Positions 29,509 through 42,439 of a DNA stretch of 64,000 nt are shown piece by piece (the first letter of the stretch is position 1; each line of letters begins with the position of its first letter). Origin of the DNA: the human T2T-CHM13v2.0 reference genome, Homo sapiens; NCBI RefSeq assembly GCF_009914755.1, contig NC_060946.1; one strand, written 5' to 3'. Made by a program: the position numbers and the translations under genes. The notes under the pieces are model-generated. The model had not been told where the DNA came from and searched no databases. It was given only the letters and a program-made list of their open reading frames with translations.

Positions 29509-31685
29509 TATACTGGATTTTGAAAGGCAAGACTCAATTATATGCTATGATAAGAAATATACTTTGAATATAAAGGTGAAGATACCTTAAGAGTGAAAGA
29601 ATGATATACCATGTAAACACTTATAAGAAAGCTGGAGTGGCTATATTAATATTAGACAAAATAGACCTAAGGACAAAGAATTTCCCTAGATGTAAAAGAG
29701 TGATATTTCATAATGATTAAAGGGTCAGTTCATCAAGAAGACATAATAGCCTAAACATACATTGCTAATAGCAGAATTTCAAATAACTGAAACCAAAACT
29801 GACACCTGAAAGAAAAAATCGATCTGCAGTCATAATCGGAGATATCAGCGTTCTTATCTTTATAAATTACAGAACAAGCTGAAAGAAAAGCAGGAGGAAT
29901 ATGGAAAACTGGAATACCATCAGCCACCTTGATCAGGTGAAATTTAGTGAACACTGCACCAATAACAGCATGTATGTTCTTTCCAGTACACATAGAACAT
30001 TCACCAAGACAGACCATATGCTGGGGCCATAACAGTGCTCAATAAATGTAGAAGAACTGAAAACATAGACTATATTCTGTCTCTACAGCAGAATTATAAG
30101 TTAAAACTATAAAATATCTCTAATATCCCAAGATATTTGAAAATTAAACAGTACACTTCTAAATAACCCACATGTCATAGACACAACCATATCGAAATTA
30201 GAAAATATTTTGAACTGAATAAAAATGAAAAATGGCATACCTAAATTGTAAGATGGGGATAAAGTAGTGTTTAGGAAATTTAAAATACATGAGAAAACAA
30301 GACAGATTTAAGATCAGTCATCTTAGTTTCCAACTTAAGAAGGTAATAAAACCAAGAGTAGATTAAACCAATGTAAGTAGAAGAAAAGAATTAACAAAGA
30401 TAAGAATGGAAATCTTTGAAGTAGAAAATAAAATAGACATAGAGTGGAGAAAGTCCATGTAATCAGAAGCTGGATGCATATTTAAAAAGATTGATCAATC
30501 TTTCCAGATAAATCTGTCTACCTGTCAAGAAAATGACACAAAATATAAATGACCTCTATCAGCAGTGAAAGAGGAGACATCATTATAGATATTACAGACA
30601 TTAAAAAGATAATAAGAGAATAGCATAAACAACTTGATGCCAAAAAATTTTGACAAAATAGATGATATGAACAGTTTTCTTGAAAGAAACAAAATAAAAA
30701 CTGAATAAAGGATAAATATTTTTAAAAATTAAATGTGTAGTTTAAAATGTTTCTACAACAAAATCTCCAGGCACACATAGTTTCAGCAGTGAATTCTGTC
30801 AAGCATTTAAGAAGGAAAGCATATACCCAATCTTTCTCTTTCATAAAATAGAGGAGGGAACACTTCTCAACTTATTTTATGAAGCCACCATTACTCTGTT
30901 CCCAAATCCGGACAAAAACCTTAAAAGGGAACAAACAAAGTAACTACAGAGCAGTGTCTCTCATGGTCAGAAACATAAAAACACTTTTCAAAATATCAGC
31001 AAAGTGGATCTTGTAATACAGAAAGTGATAATGTATCATGAACCTATGATGGTTTATCTCAGCCGTGCACTGTTGGTTTGATGTTAGAAAAGCAGACACT
31101 TTAATTCTCCCATATTAACAGAATAAGAGGGAGGAAACAATATGATTATCTCAATAGAGGAAAAGCATTCGGAACAAAATTTACACTCATTCACGTCAAA
31201 ATTTGCCACAAACTAACAGTATAAAGGAACTTTCTCATCCTGAAAAAGGCATCTATGAAAAAAAAATTCAACAGCTAGTTTCATACTTTATGATGAAACA
31301 CTGCTCTCTCTCTGACATCAGGAACAAGGCAAGAATTTCTGCTCTCACCACTCCAGTAAACAACGTGCTGAAGGTCCAGAGCAACTCACTAAGCCAAGAA
31401 AAATCAGATGCATGCAGGTTGGAAAGAAGTAAAACTGGCTTTATTCATAAATGAGGTGATCGTGTGTGTTAAGGAACTGATAAAGTTATGAGAAGTGAAT
31501 TTTGAATGGTTACAAGATATGTAAATGAAAATTAATTATATAAAACTAGCAAATAATAATAAGAAAAAATTTAAATGCCACATACAATAGCATCATAAAA
31601 CATGAAATATTTAGGAATAAACTTTAACGAAATATGTGCAAGACCTATACTCTGAAAACCATAAAACATTGCTGAGAGAAGTTAA

Positions 31686-32012
<327 letters not shown>

Positions 32013-32016
32013 TAGC

Positions 32017-32467
32017 TGTTATGGGTTGAATTGTATCCCCCAAAATTCATATGTTGAATTGCTAAACCCCAATACCTTACAACGTGACCTTATTTGGAAA
32101 CAGTGTCATTGCCAATGTAATTACTTAAGACGAGATCATACTGGAGGAGGATGGGCCCCTAATCCAGTATGAGTGGTGTCCTTATAAAAAGGGGAAATTG
32201 GGCACAGATGACACACAGAATGAGAATGTCATGTGAAAATACAGACAGAGATCTAAAAACCAAGGACACCAAAGTTTGCCAGCAAACTATCAGTAGCTAA
32301 AGAGAGACCTAGAACAAATTCTCCTTCATAGTCCTCAGAAAGAACCACCCTTGCCAACATCTTGATCTTGGACTTCTACCATCCAGAAGTGTAAAACAAT
32401 AAATTCCTGTTTTTTATACCATTTGGTTTGTGGTACTTTGTTAAGGCAGCCCTACCAAACTAATACA
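32017..32467 (+). mobile_element. MLT1B/C MaLR solo LTR
   Basis: tgttatgggttgaattgtatccccc...gcagccctaccaaactaataca; 5-bp TSD atagc/attgc. Confidence 0.88.
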
Positions 32468-33869
32468 ATTGCCAAAACAATTTTGAAAACAAAACAAAGA
32501 GGATTATATTACTTCTTTCATGACTTACTATAAAGCTAATTAAGATAGTATGGTATTTATGTAAATATAGATGTATATACCAGTGGAACAGAATAGAGTC
32601 CAGACTCAGTGGAGAAAAGATATATTTTTCAACAATGGCACTGGAATGATTTTATATCCTTATGGAGTAAAAAAGAACCTAGACTCTTAATTTATACCAA
32701 ACAAAAATTGATTTAAAATAGCCACATAAAAGCTGGGAATACAAAACTTGTAGAAGAAAACATTATGGATATATTGAAGTAGGCCAGGACTTTTTAGAAT
32801 ATAAAAAATACCATGAAAAAATGTTTTGGTAAATTGTATCTCATCTATATTAAAAAGTCAATGCTCTTTGAAACGTATTATTAAAAAATTGAAAAAACAA
32901 GCCATGGTATACGAGAAAATATTTGCAATACATATATCCGACACAGGACTTACTCATATGCAGAATATGTAAAGAACCTCTTACAACTCGATGAGAAGAA
33001 AACAACCCAGTTAATAAAATGAGCAAAATATTTGAATAACATTTCACTAACGAAACAGAAATGTCCCATAAGTACCTGAAGATACTTTACATTATTAGCC
33101 ATCAGGGAAATGTAAATTAAGACCACAGTGTGATGCTGCCTAAAACGGCTGACAACATATCAAGTGTTGATAAGGATCTAGAGTAACTCCAATACATTGT
33201 AGGGGAGAATGTAAAATGGTACAACTACTTTGGAAAATACTGTGGCAGTTCTTAATAAAGTTGAACATATACTTCATATGACCCAGCAATTTCATTCGTA
33301 GGTATCCACCCAAAAAATGAAAACATGCACCCATGAAAAGATACAGATGCATGTGTTCATAGCATCTCCATTCATTGCGGATAAAACTGGTATCAACCCA
33401 GTGGCCATCAACACATGAGTGGATAAATAAATGGTAGTATATTCATAATTAGAAATAAACAAAAATCAATGATACATGTAACAACGTGGATGAATCTCGA
33501 AAACATTGGAAAACACTTTTCATTAAACCCATTTGTGTTATAGAACGGACAAAATTTACCTGTAATGACAGAAACAGATGCCTAAGAGGAGATGGGGCAG
33601 GGGCGAGGTGAGCTGCAGTGATTGCAGAGCTGCGCAAGGAGCTTTTGGGGGTGATGGAAACATCCCATGTCTTGATTTGTTTGTGGCTGTGCAGATGCAC
33701 TTGGCAGTTTATGTAAATTATACCTCAATAAAATGCCTTTTAGAAGTAAAGAAAACGAAGCACCAAAGGGGATAGTGTGTGGAGGGCAGTGCGTTAGGTT
33801 TCAGGCGTTTCTTCTGAGCAGGTCTTACAGGTTGGCTTGGTGGGTGCTGTTTGGCTTTGGGGAGATCAG

Positions 33870-34035
33870 GCGTTTTCACCTTGGCTGTATGTTAGAGTCA
33901 CCTGGAGAGTTTGTCTAAAACACTGATGCGCAGAAATGCAGATTCATTTGTTCTGGGGTTGGGACCACAGCACTGGCACTTTTTAAAACCTCCCCCAAGT
34001 GATTCTAAGTTGTAGCCTAGGCTGAGGAGCACTGG
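33870..34035. mobile_element. MER5A
   Basis: ttagagtcacctggagagttt...ctcccccaagtgattctaa...gctgaggagcactg. Confidence 0.75.
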
Positions 34036-35789
34036 CCAGACTTTGGCTCTGAGTTTTCTCTCTAGAGAGTGTCTGCAATGCCCAAGCCACTTCTTTTTTA
34101 CTTCTGCTTGAGTCACACCATATGTTGCTGCCCAGGCATTGTGGACAAAAGCAGCAGCTCAGGCCTGAAATGCCCACTGCTAAGTGGCACAAAACACCAT
34201 GGAAACAAATGCAACACAAAGATCAATGGTACTATATTTTTGTGAGACTTAGAATTGCTGTGTAAGGCTAAAGCCAGCAAAAGAGTATGGATGGAAATTA
34301 CAAATCCAGACATACACCCAGTTAATGAGACAGTCAAGAACAACATTACACTAACTTAGAATAACCCCATATCTACCAAATTTCTTATGATTGTAGAAGT
34401 AGATCTTTCCATATTCAAACTTTGCTGAAGGACAACTAGTGGTTGGTGAAGGATTACCATATCCAGCTCTTTTCAAATGTGGATGGTAAAGGAAACCTTT
34501 AGAATCTCAGAGCCAAATGAAAATAATATTACAAATCATTGCCATTTCCTGTGGTCTCATGATGTGCTGGGCACCATGCTGGATGCTTTCCCATACAGTC
34601 CTCACTGTACACCTGGGAGGTGGGTATGGCCCTCTTGTTTCATGTAAGAAAATTTAGACTTAATGAAGTTCAGAAACCTCCCCAAGGTCACACAGCTAAC
34701 AGGCTCTGTTTTCTGTCAACCTAGTAGGTTTTCCCAAAGGAGCTTGGTTATTAGAGTTGGGCCTGTACCCTTAGCGGAGTGCCTACTCTGGCATTATTGG
34801 CTAATGTGGGAAAGAACAGTTCCCAAATCTATTTGTTGTCCTCTGTTTACACTTCATTTCCAGAGGCTAAATGTTAATTTGTTTAAGCCAGGCTTATTGT
34901 CTCCTGGAGATGCACTACCACGGGAAAGTGTTGACTGAGCTTGGCTCCTCAGTGTGAACTGTAACTTGTGACTCATTAATTACGGGCCTACAATCAACTC
35001 CCAACATGTTAGTAAAGAAACAAACAACTTTCTTGTTTAATGAAGTGCTGACAGAAGAAAACTTAATTGTTTCTCTCCTGCCCCAACATTAGCTTGACAC
35101 TTGTAGTTATAGCAGTAAACTTGGACTTTGTAAAAACAAAATTTTATCGTCAGTCACCCTTCCTGAAGGTGCTGTATTGGTGTCTGCTTTTCCCAGTGAC
35201 CTTAACCTGTGTTCATTCTTAAGTATGTAATTGTGTATTTGTCATAATGCCGCTGTCATCCTTGTCCAGAATAGGTCATTTATGTTGTAAACGTTTAATG
35301 AACTTCTATAAATGGTTCCCTTGTATCCTTTCCTAATGCAGCTGTATGAATAAGAAATATTTATCCAGGAACGCATACCCTCAGTTGACACACAACTCCA
35401 GTGGAACCATGATTTTTAAGAACTCTTTAGTTCACCTTTATTGCCTGCTTAAATTTCAGTTTTTAATGTGTGATTTCATTTCCTTCAAAGAACATCTTAC
35501 CCATTTAGCATATCTCAAGAGTTCTACTTTTTTTTTGTAGAAAGTGAGGTGTTTTCCATGCATTGAATAATAAATCCCGAATACTTTTATTTCTCACTAA
35601 TCAAAAAAAACCTGGTTTTTGAAAATAAATTTGAAACTTTGCCTAATGCAGAGAAGAAGTGTAAATTCAGCCCTGTTGAAGTAATTATTCAGTTTCGTCA
35701 TGCATTTAGGAGCTACTGCCCAACCCCTTGTTCCTAAATGAACTAATTGCATTTAACAGTGTGAATGTCACCAACTACTGCTATCACTC

Positions 35790-35995
35790 CCAGTGCTCTT
35801 TATTGAGTATTTACTGTGTGCTAAACACACTCACAGTTACTCTTTGAAGAAGGCACTATCATCCCCATTTTACAGAGGAGGAAACCAAGTCTTAGGGGTT
35901 TCTTGACTTGCCCAAGGCCAACAGATCTCATAGCCAGGCTTTGACCCCAGCAGCCTGGCTCCACAGTGGCCACTCTTAATCCCTATGCCGCACTG
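35790..35995 (-). mobile_element. MIR (one of about 10 MIR/L2 relics; others near 9300, 10870, 13150, 18230, 34550, 36930, 41270, 46300, 48370)
   Basis: atccccattttacagaggaggaaacc...gacttgcccaagg core. Confidence 0.75.
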
Positions 35996-37839
35996 CCTCC
36001 CAGTTCCATGAGCTTCATGTTTCATCTTATCTTCCAGCTTTTGCACATACTCTTCCCCCTGCCCAAAACACTCCCACAGTCCCCTTTGCCTTATTTAATT
36101 CCTGTTCATTCTTCTCATCTTAAGCTAAATGCCACTTCTTTAGGGAGGCCTTCTCTTGTGAGCCCCATGCTATATGTTCTTCTAGCCAAACAAACTATGA
36201 GCGTGAAAACCAACCTCAATCTGGCGTGGAGATGCACCTATGTTCCAGAAGGGTTTGGATCACACATTTATGGAGAGCTGGTGAGGACGAGCTGGATTCT
36301 TTCCTCTCAGTGACACTTATAGGGCCCTTGCTTCTTTTCTGGATTTCTCCTTATCTTCATCCCAATATCGGTCAGCACAAGGCAAAGGCATTTGGCATCT
36401 CTTCTTTCCCATTTGCAGACTTTACTGTACGTACTTTACTTTACGTACAGGATGCGTACGTACCCCATCCTGCTGGTAGACGTGGGGCAGGTTATCAGAG
36501 GAGAAGTGGGGGTGTGAGGGCATCCTTGGGAAGCTTTGGATACAGTCTCAGGTGGGGTCATTACCAACTTGGCCATAAAACTCTCTCTGTGCTTCTCAAA
36601 CACATGATCCCCCCTCCAAGACCCACTCTCTATAGTGGTCGAACCCTCCATGCCAGTGCTTCCTAAACTAGCTGTGGTGAAGAGCCACTTATCTTTCCCT
36701 CAAACCATCCTGGACCTACATTTGGATAGGATATAGTATAAAATGAATGACTAGAAAAATAAATCTAAAAAAAGGCATAAGAATTCAAGCCCAAATTTCA
36801 TCGTAAGATTCAGCAGACACCGCATGGCTGTCATATTGTCGGCAGTTTCTCAGCTCCCTCCCTTCAGTGTCTGTTCCTACAAACTGACAGTGGTCTCCAG
36901 ACCTCACCTTGAATAGCACTTATTAGGTCAGTGACCACAGGAAGGGGACTTCTGAGCCTCACTTTTTTATCTGTAAAAGGGAACCAATAATACTTACTCT
37001 AGCATTTCAGAATTAAACGAAGTCATTAAAGCATCTGATTGCCTAGTATATGCCAGGTGTCTACTAAATAGTAGTTCATTTCCCATCACACCTTCAGTGC
37101 CTGGAAAAAATTACAGAAATTAGATGGTTACCAACTAATTTTTTCTCTTCTTCCTGGCCTTTGTAAAATAAGGATCGTTAATAGATTCCTAGCAAGCCTG
37201 TGTGTTAGAATCAGCTGGAGATCTGGTTTCTTTCAGCGGGACATGGCGTTTGGAATAGTTCATGTTCAGATGACTGAATGCAGTTTAAACACTTCTATGC
37301 GGTTCTGTATCATCTTAGGTTATGTATATCTCACTAGGGATGTAAAGTCAAAATACTGTTTAATTCTGAAAAGAACTTTATTTTATATTTCATTAGATTA
37401 ATTTGTATGTTTTCAATTTTTATAACTTTAAATTTAATTTTTTAAAAGTAGATAAAACACAGAGGATTCCAAAGTCAAAATTATACAAGGCACATTCACA
37501 GAGTCTCCATTCCTGTTTCCTCCACCCCATTCTCTTCTTTACCCTGTGGATAACCATTATTTGTTTTTGGTTTAACCTTCCATTGTTTCTTGTTCAGAGT
37601 ATTTAAAAATACTCCTTTATCACACACAAGATTCTCATATAAGGCTATTAACATGTTGTAATCTGGGTACATCTCCTGGCGATCCTCCCGCAGCAGTCCA
37701 TCAGCAATCTTCTCCACTCACATTCACAGCCATATAGCAGTCTACTGTGTTTGTACCGTAGTTTATGTAAGCAACCCCCATTCGTGGAGACTTGAGTTGT
37801 TTCATAATAAGTTGTGCTGCACCCAGTATCATTAGTCAT

Positions 37840-38580
37840 CAGAAATGCGCATCAAAACCACAATGGCATACCACTTCACTTACACTAGAATGCCTACTAC
37901 AAAAGACAGACAATAGCAAGTGTTTATGAGATTGTGGAGATGCTGGAACCCTCATAAATTGCTGGGTGAAAATGTAAAATACTGTAAACACTGTGAAAAC
38001 AGTCTGGCTGTTCCTCAAATGTTTATAACTCATATGATCTAGCAGTTTGACTCCTAGGTATATACCCAAGAACAATGAATACTTATATCCACTCAAAAAC
38101 ATGTACATGCACATTCAGAGCAGCATTATCATGATAACCTAGAGGTGGAAATAACACAAATGTCCATTAGTGGGTGAATGGAAAAATGCAATGTGGCATA
38201 TCCGTACAATGCACTGTTCACGTTACTCAGCCGTGAAAAGAAATGAAGCGCTGACATGCCACAACATGGGTGAACCTTGAGTGAAAGAAGCCAGGTTCAA
38301 AAGGCTACATGTCGTTCAGATTTTCTGACTCCGTTATAGGAAATGTCCAGAATAGGCAAATCCAGAGAGACAGGAAGTAGAAGGATAGTTGCCAAGGACT
38401 GGGGGGAGGGAAGAATAAGGAGTGACTGCCAGTGGGTGTGGAGTTTCTTTTAGGGGTGAGGAAAATGTTGGAAAATTGGATCATGCTAATGGTTATATAA
38501 CTCTGTGAATATACTGAAAACCACCAAATTGCACACTTTAAAAGTGTGAATTTTATAGTTTGTGATGATGTCTCAGCAAA
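37840..38580 (+). mobile_element. L1MB 3' end
   Basis: Typical L1 3' sequence ending cactttaaaagtgtgaattttatagtttgtga. Confidence 0.85.
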
Positions 38581-38590
38581 AAATGAACTG

Positions 38591-38730
38591 GGCCAGGCAC
38601 AGTCACTCATGCCGATAATCCCAGTGCTTTGGGAGACCAAGGCAGGAGGATCACTTGAGGCTGGGAGTTTGAGACCAGCCTGGGCAACATAGTGAGACCT
38701 CATCTTTACAAAAAAATAAAATAACAAAAT
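38591..38730 (+). mobile_element. FLAM / Alu left monomer
   Basis: ggccaggcacagt...gagacctcatctttacaaaaaa. Confidence 0.88.
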
Positions 38731-39668
38731 AAACTATGCTGTAGTGAATAACCTTGTGTCACACATTATTTCATGGGGTAGTGTGCTTTTGATCTGTAAT
38801 TTTAGAAATGGGGTTACTGGGTTATGTGTCATTTTGCTGCTTACACCCAGTTCCCTTTCATGGGAGTTGTACCATTTTCCCTCCAGCAGTGTATGAGAGT
38901 GTCTGTTTCCTTGTGGCCTTACCAATAGCATTTGTTGTCAGACTTGGTTATTTGTTAGTCTGGCAGGTAAGAAATGTGTATAATTATAATTTGCTTCCCT
39001 CTTATGAGCACGTTTGAACATATTCTGATGTCTTTTTAGTTTATTTGTATTTTCGGTGCCATGTATGTTTCATGTATCTCACCTGTTTTTCTATTGTATT
39101 GTTGGTGGTGTTTAAATTTTTACAAGTTCTTTATATATTAAAATATTAATCCTTTGCAAATATCTTCCAAATCCGTGATACCTTACAAATAATTTTCCCA
39201 GTTCTCATTTGCCTTGAAAAACAAATAGTCAAATTTTAAAACCTTTCCCCTGTTGCTTCCGGATTGAATCATAGTTAGGAAAGCTTTTCCTATTCCCAGC
39301 TTAGAAGAGGAATTCACCCATGTTTTTTTCTAGTACTGATTTTCTTTATTATTTAAGTTTAGATCTCATATCTATCTGGAGTTTATCCTGGTGAACAATG
39401 TTAGGAAGTGATCTACTTAGATTCTTTTTTATATGGCTACCTACTTGCCCCAATATTTTTTTTTGAAGTCCAGTGAAAATAAAATAAAATATCACTTTTT
39501 GTTTACATGTCTGTTTTATGTAGTTCTGGGTTGATATAGATATTTCAGATAATAGTGCAAACAATATTATAACATTGAGTAAGAAAACACAAAAGGAACA
39601 AGTCATCTGTAATCTCTGACTATAGCCATGCTGTTTTCAGTGTATAAACTTATCTTCTTTCTCTCTAG

Positions 39669-39732
39669 GTAAATGAGCTGGATGGTATCCCGTTGATCCT
39701 GGACAACTGCAACATCAGTGACAGTAACCCCT
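39669..39732 (+). CDS. ATXN10: ATXN10 internal coding exon (exon 10, 64 nt, phase 0 to phase 1)
   Basis: Translates as GTA AAT GAG CTG GAT GGT ATC CCG TTG ATC CTG GAC AAC TGC AAC ATC AGT GAC AGT AAC CCC T = VNELDGIPLILDNCNISDSNP(F), recognised as the ataxin-10 C-terminal region. Preceded by pyrimidine tract tatcttctttctctctAG (AG 39667-39668) and followed by GTATCCTT. The SCA10 ATTCT repeat 11.5 kb upstream confirms the locus. Too short to appear in the ORF track. Confidence 0.97.
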
Positions 39733-39740
39733 GTATCCTT
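39733..39740 (+). promoter_or_regulatory. U12-type 5' splice site GTATCCTT (U11/U6atac recognition)
   Basis: Direct sequence match immediately after the coding exon. Confidence 0.92.
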
Positions 39741-40630
39741 GCATGTGAATTACCATGCACAAGTTTACAGCCGGGGCCCTTAGCAAAACAAGTCCCTTGC
39801 CTCATGTTCATTCAGTATGTAGCTGGCTGCCTTGCTTGCTTGTTTACTTGTTCCTGAGAACCAAATCATTTTCTCAGAGTTATGGTGCTAGAATATCATT
39901 TCTGTAACCTTTGTAGTATGGTAAGCTAGTTTTTTCATGGTGAATAAGACATTCCAAATGAGCATGTGGCCAAAAAGCACTTTAAAACCTGGGGCACAGG
40001 CAGCCCATGCAAGGCACTGTGCTGCGCATCACCGGTGTCACCTTTCCAGTGTGTGTGTGGTCTCTAGAGTAGACACGAACTATGGCATATTGTTTTGCTA
40101 TAGAGATTCTGAGTACCCAGTCTTTTGGAAGTACTGTTTTAACAAGGGTTTGGCAACGTAGAAACATGAGGAGCACTCTGGCTCCCTAGCAAGAGGAAGG
40201 AGCATCTCAGTGGTGCTGAATTCTCATCTTCGGAGGGTTTGTCCTGCAGCCCTCTGCGGCAGAAGCTGAGAGCACTGGCTCTTGCCCTGGCTTGGGTTGG
40301 CCACCCTTGCTGGAGGGTGTTCTGCAGGGACCCTGCTTTTTTCCTACCAGTTCAACTAGTTGTACTATACAAAACTGTACAGTGGTGACTAACCAGGGAC
40401 CGGATACAGCTTGTTTAGATTTGAGATAAAACCTACTGTTTAATTTCACGAACTTCCCTGGTGAAAGCCAAACTTAGCTGTGTCCCTTGTCCTGGTCACT
40501 GCTTGGCTGGTGGTGGGGCAGGGGTGAATAAGGCTACTGCAAGGACTGGGAGCGTAGCCTGCGGGAGGCAGTGAGGAGCCTAGCCTAGCATTGAGGAGAC
40601 TGAGGAGGGGGGCATTTTAAAAATAAAACT

Positions 40631-41030
40631 ATGGCTTCTGCCAAGAAGAGAAAAGCAGCTGATGAAAATCATGTGTTTCAAAGTAAGTAGACTGAGCGAT
40701 GCTTATTATTTGTGCTGAAGATACTGTCATTTGTCTGATTAGCAATAGAAAACAATCTTATTTTAAAGAGCACAGTAGCTTGTAAGTTCAGTCAGGAAAA
40801 GACAAATACACAGCCTCAGAAGACTCCTCTGCAGGGTAAAGCAAATTTGGTTTAGTGCGTGGCATTATCATGAGTCCCTGAAGGCTGTGCTCATTAAAGA
40901 GTGTTGACATTTTTTTAGTCCCCCAAAAAGGAAAGAAAAAAGAAGAAAGCTTCTAGTCATGGGAAAGCAGTACGAGAATGTTCAGGTACAATTGCAGATG
41001 TTGCATTTCCCAATGAAAACGATGATTTAT
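40631..41030 (+). mobile_element. hAT-Charlie transposase 5' relic
   Basis: MASAKKRKAADENHVFQSK*TER and KKKASSHGKAVRECSGTIADVAFPNEN resemble the Charlie/GTF2IRD2/EPM2AIP1-type N-terminus (KRK.D.E.R.FQ.KW; KKPF.DGE.VKEC). Confidence 0.65.
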
Positions 41031-42439
41031 TATGAAAAAAGAAATTCACTCACAGTTTACTTTTACATTCCCTGAATTGACCTTCCAGTGAAGCAGGGTG
41101 TTCATTGCGTCTTTGGCTTTTAGCAAAGACCAGAAAATAAAAAGACTGTTGTACACGAGCACATTGTAGGCCTACAGATGCTCGCAGCACCTTCCACCTT
41201 GGTGTCCTCCTTGCCAGATGGCCATCCGTTCATTCAGTTCTTCCTTCAGGAAACATTCATTCAGTCCCTCTTGTGTGTTTACACCCATTGCCTTATTGAA
41301 CCCTGACAACACCATGAAGCAGATACTATGATTATCATCCGTATGTTGTAGATGATGAAATAAAACTGAGTCTCTAGCTTGCCCAGAGGTCAGAACCAGA
41401 TTTTATACATGTGAGTGCCTGACCTTAGCCACTTCCCCACACTGCCTTCTTAAAAGTCACCGGGAGGAGACAGAGCACATGCAGAGAACCACATAAACAT
41501 ATTCATGTAGTGGAGAAATGGTTCAAAGTTACACATGGAAAAATTTATATGGATAGCTATATCTTTAGCTGGATAACTGGCTTTTAGAATGATAATCAGT
41601 GAAATATTGCAAGATCACGGAATCTCCTGAATCATTAAGAAAAGATAAAATATCACAAGCATCTTTAGTGTTATGTGTATTCAGTAATTCTTTGGAGTTG
41701 TATTTATTAAGCTTACCAGATTTTAAAGGCATATAAAATGTGGTAAGATATGAGACACATACTGAAATATCAGTGCAAAGGGAGAATGGTAGTTGAATGG
41801 TCAGAAACGAAAAAGCCTTACAGCCTAGAGATTCAGTTTTTAGATCTGAGCTATAAATTAAAATCTGGCCTTCGTAGTACTAAAGTAAATAAGGACATGA
41901 TACAATTTCAAAATTCACCTTATTCCCTAGGTAAAACCACACTGATGCTTCTTCCAGGCCATTCCCAAAGAATTATCTAATGACTCCTACTTTACTCCTC
42001 GCTTCCCATTCACTCTTTCCCCCCCTTTCTTGTGCATTTTTTCCTTTATTTTTTTAATTCATGAAAATAATACACCTATATGGGGATTTTTAAATTCCAA
42101 AAGGCATTCAATAAGGGAACAATATCTCTAGCTCCACTTTTTACACTTTTTAATTCACTCTCTTAGCTATTTCTTCTAGTAGGTACTTTTGTATATCTAA
42201 ATAATATGCTTTATTGCTGTTTCTTGATATATCAAGTTTTGGTGTGACCTGTTTATTTTATGACATGAACATTCAGCTCCTGTACACCACCTCCTCCCCT
42301 CCCTCCCTTGTGCTTCCCCTGGAGTTAGGACTGCACATCCCGTTCCCTGTTGCCCACGCTGTAAATGAGGCTTGGCATCTTCTGAAGTGTTTGCTATTTG
42401 AGGTGTGTGTGAGTGTGTGTACGTGCATATGTGTGTATA

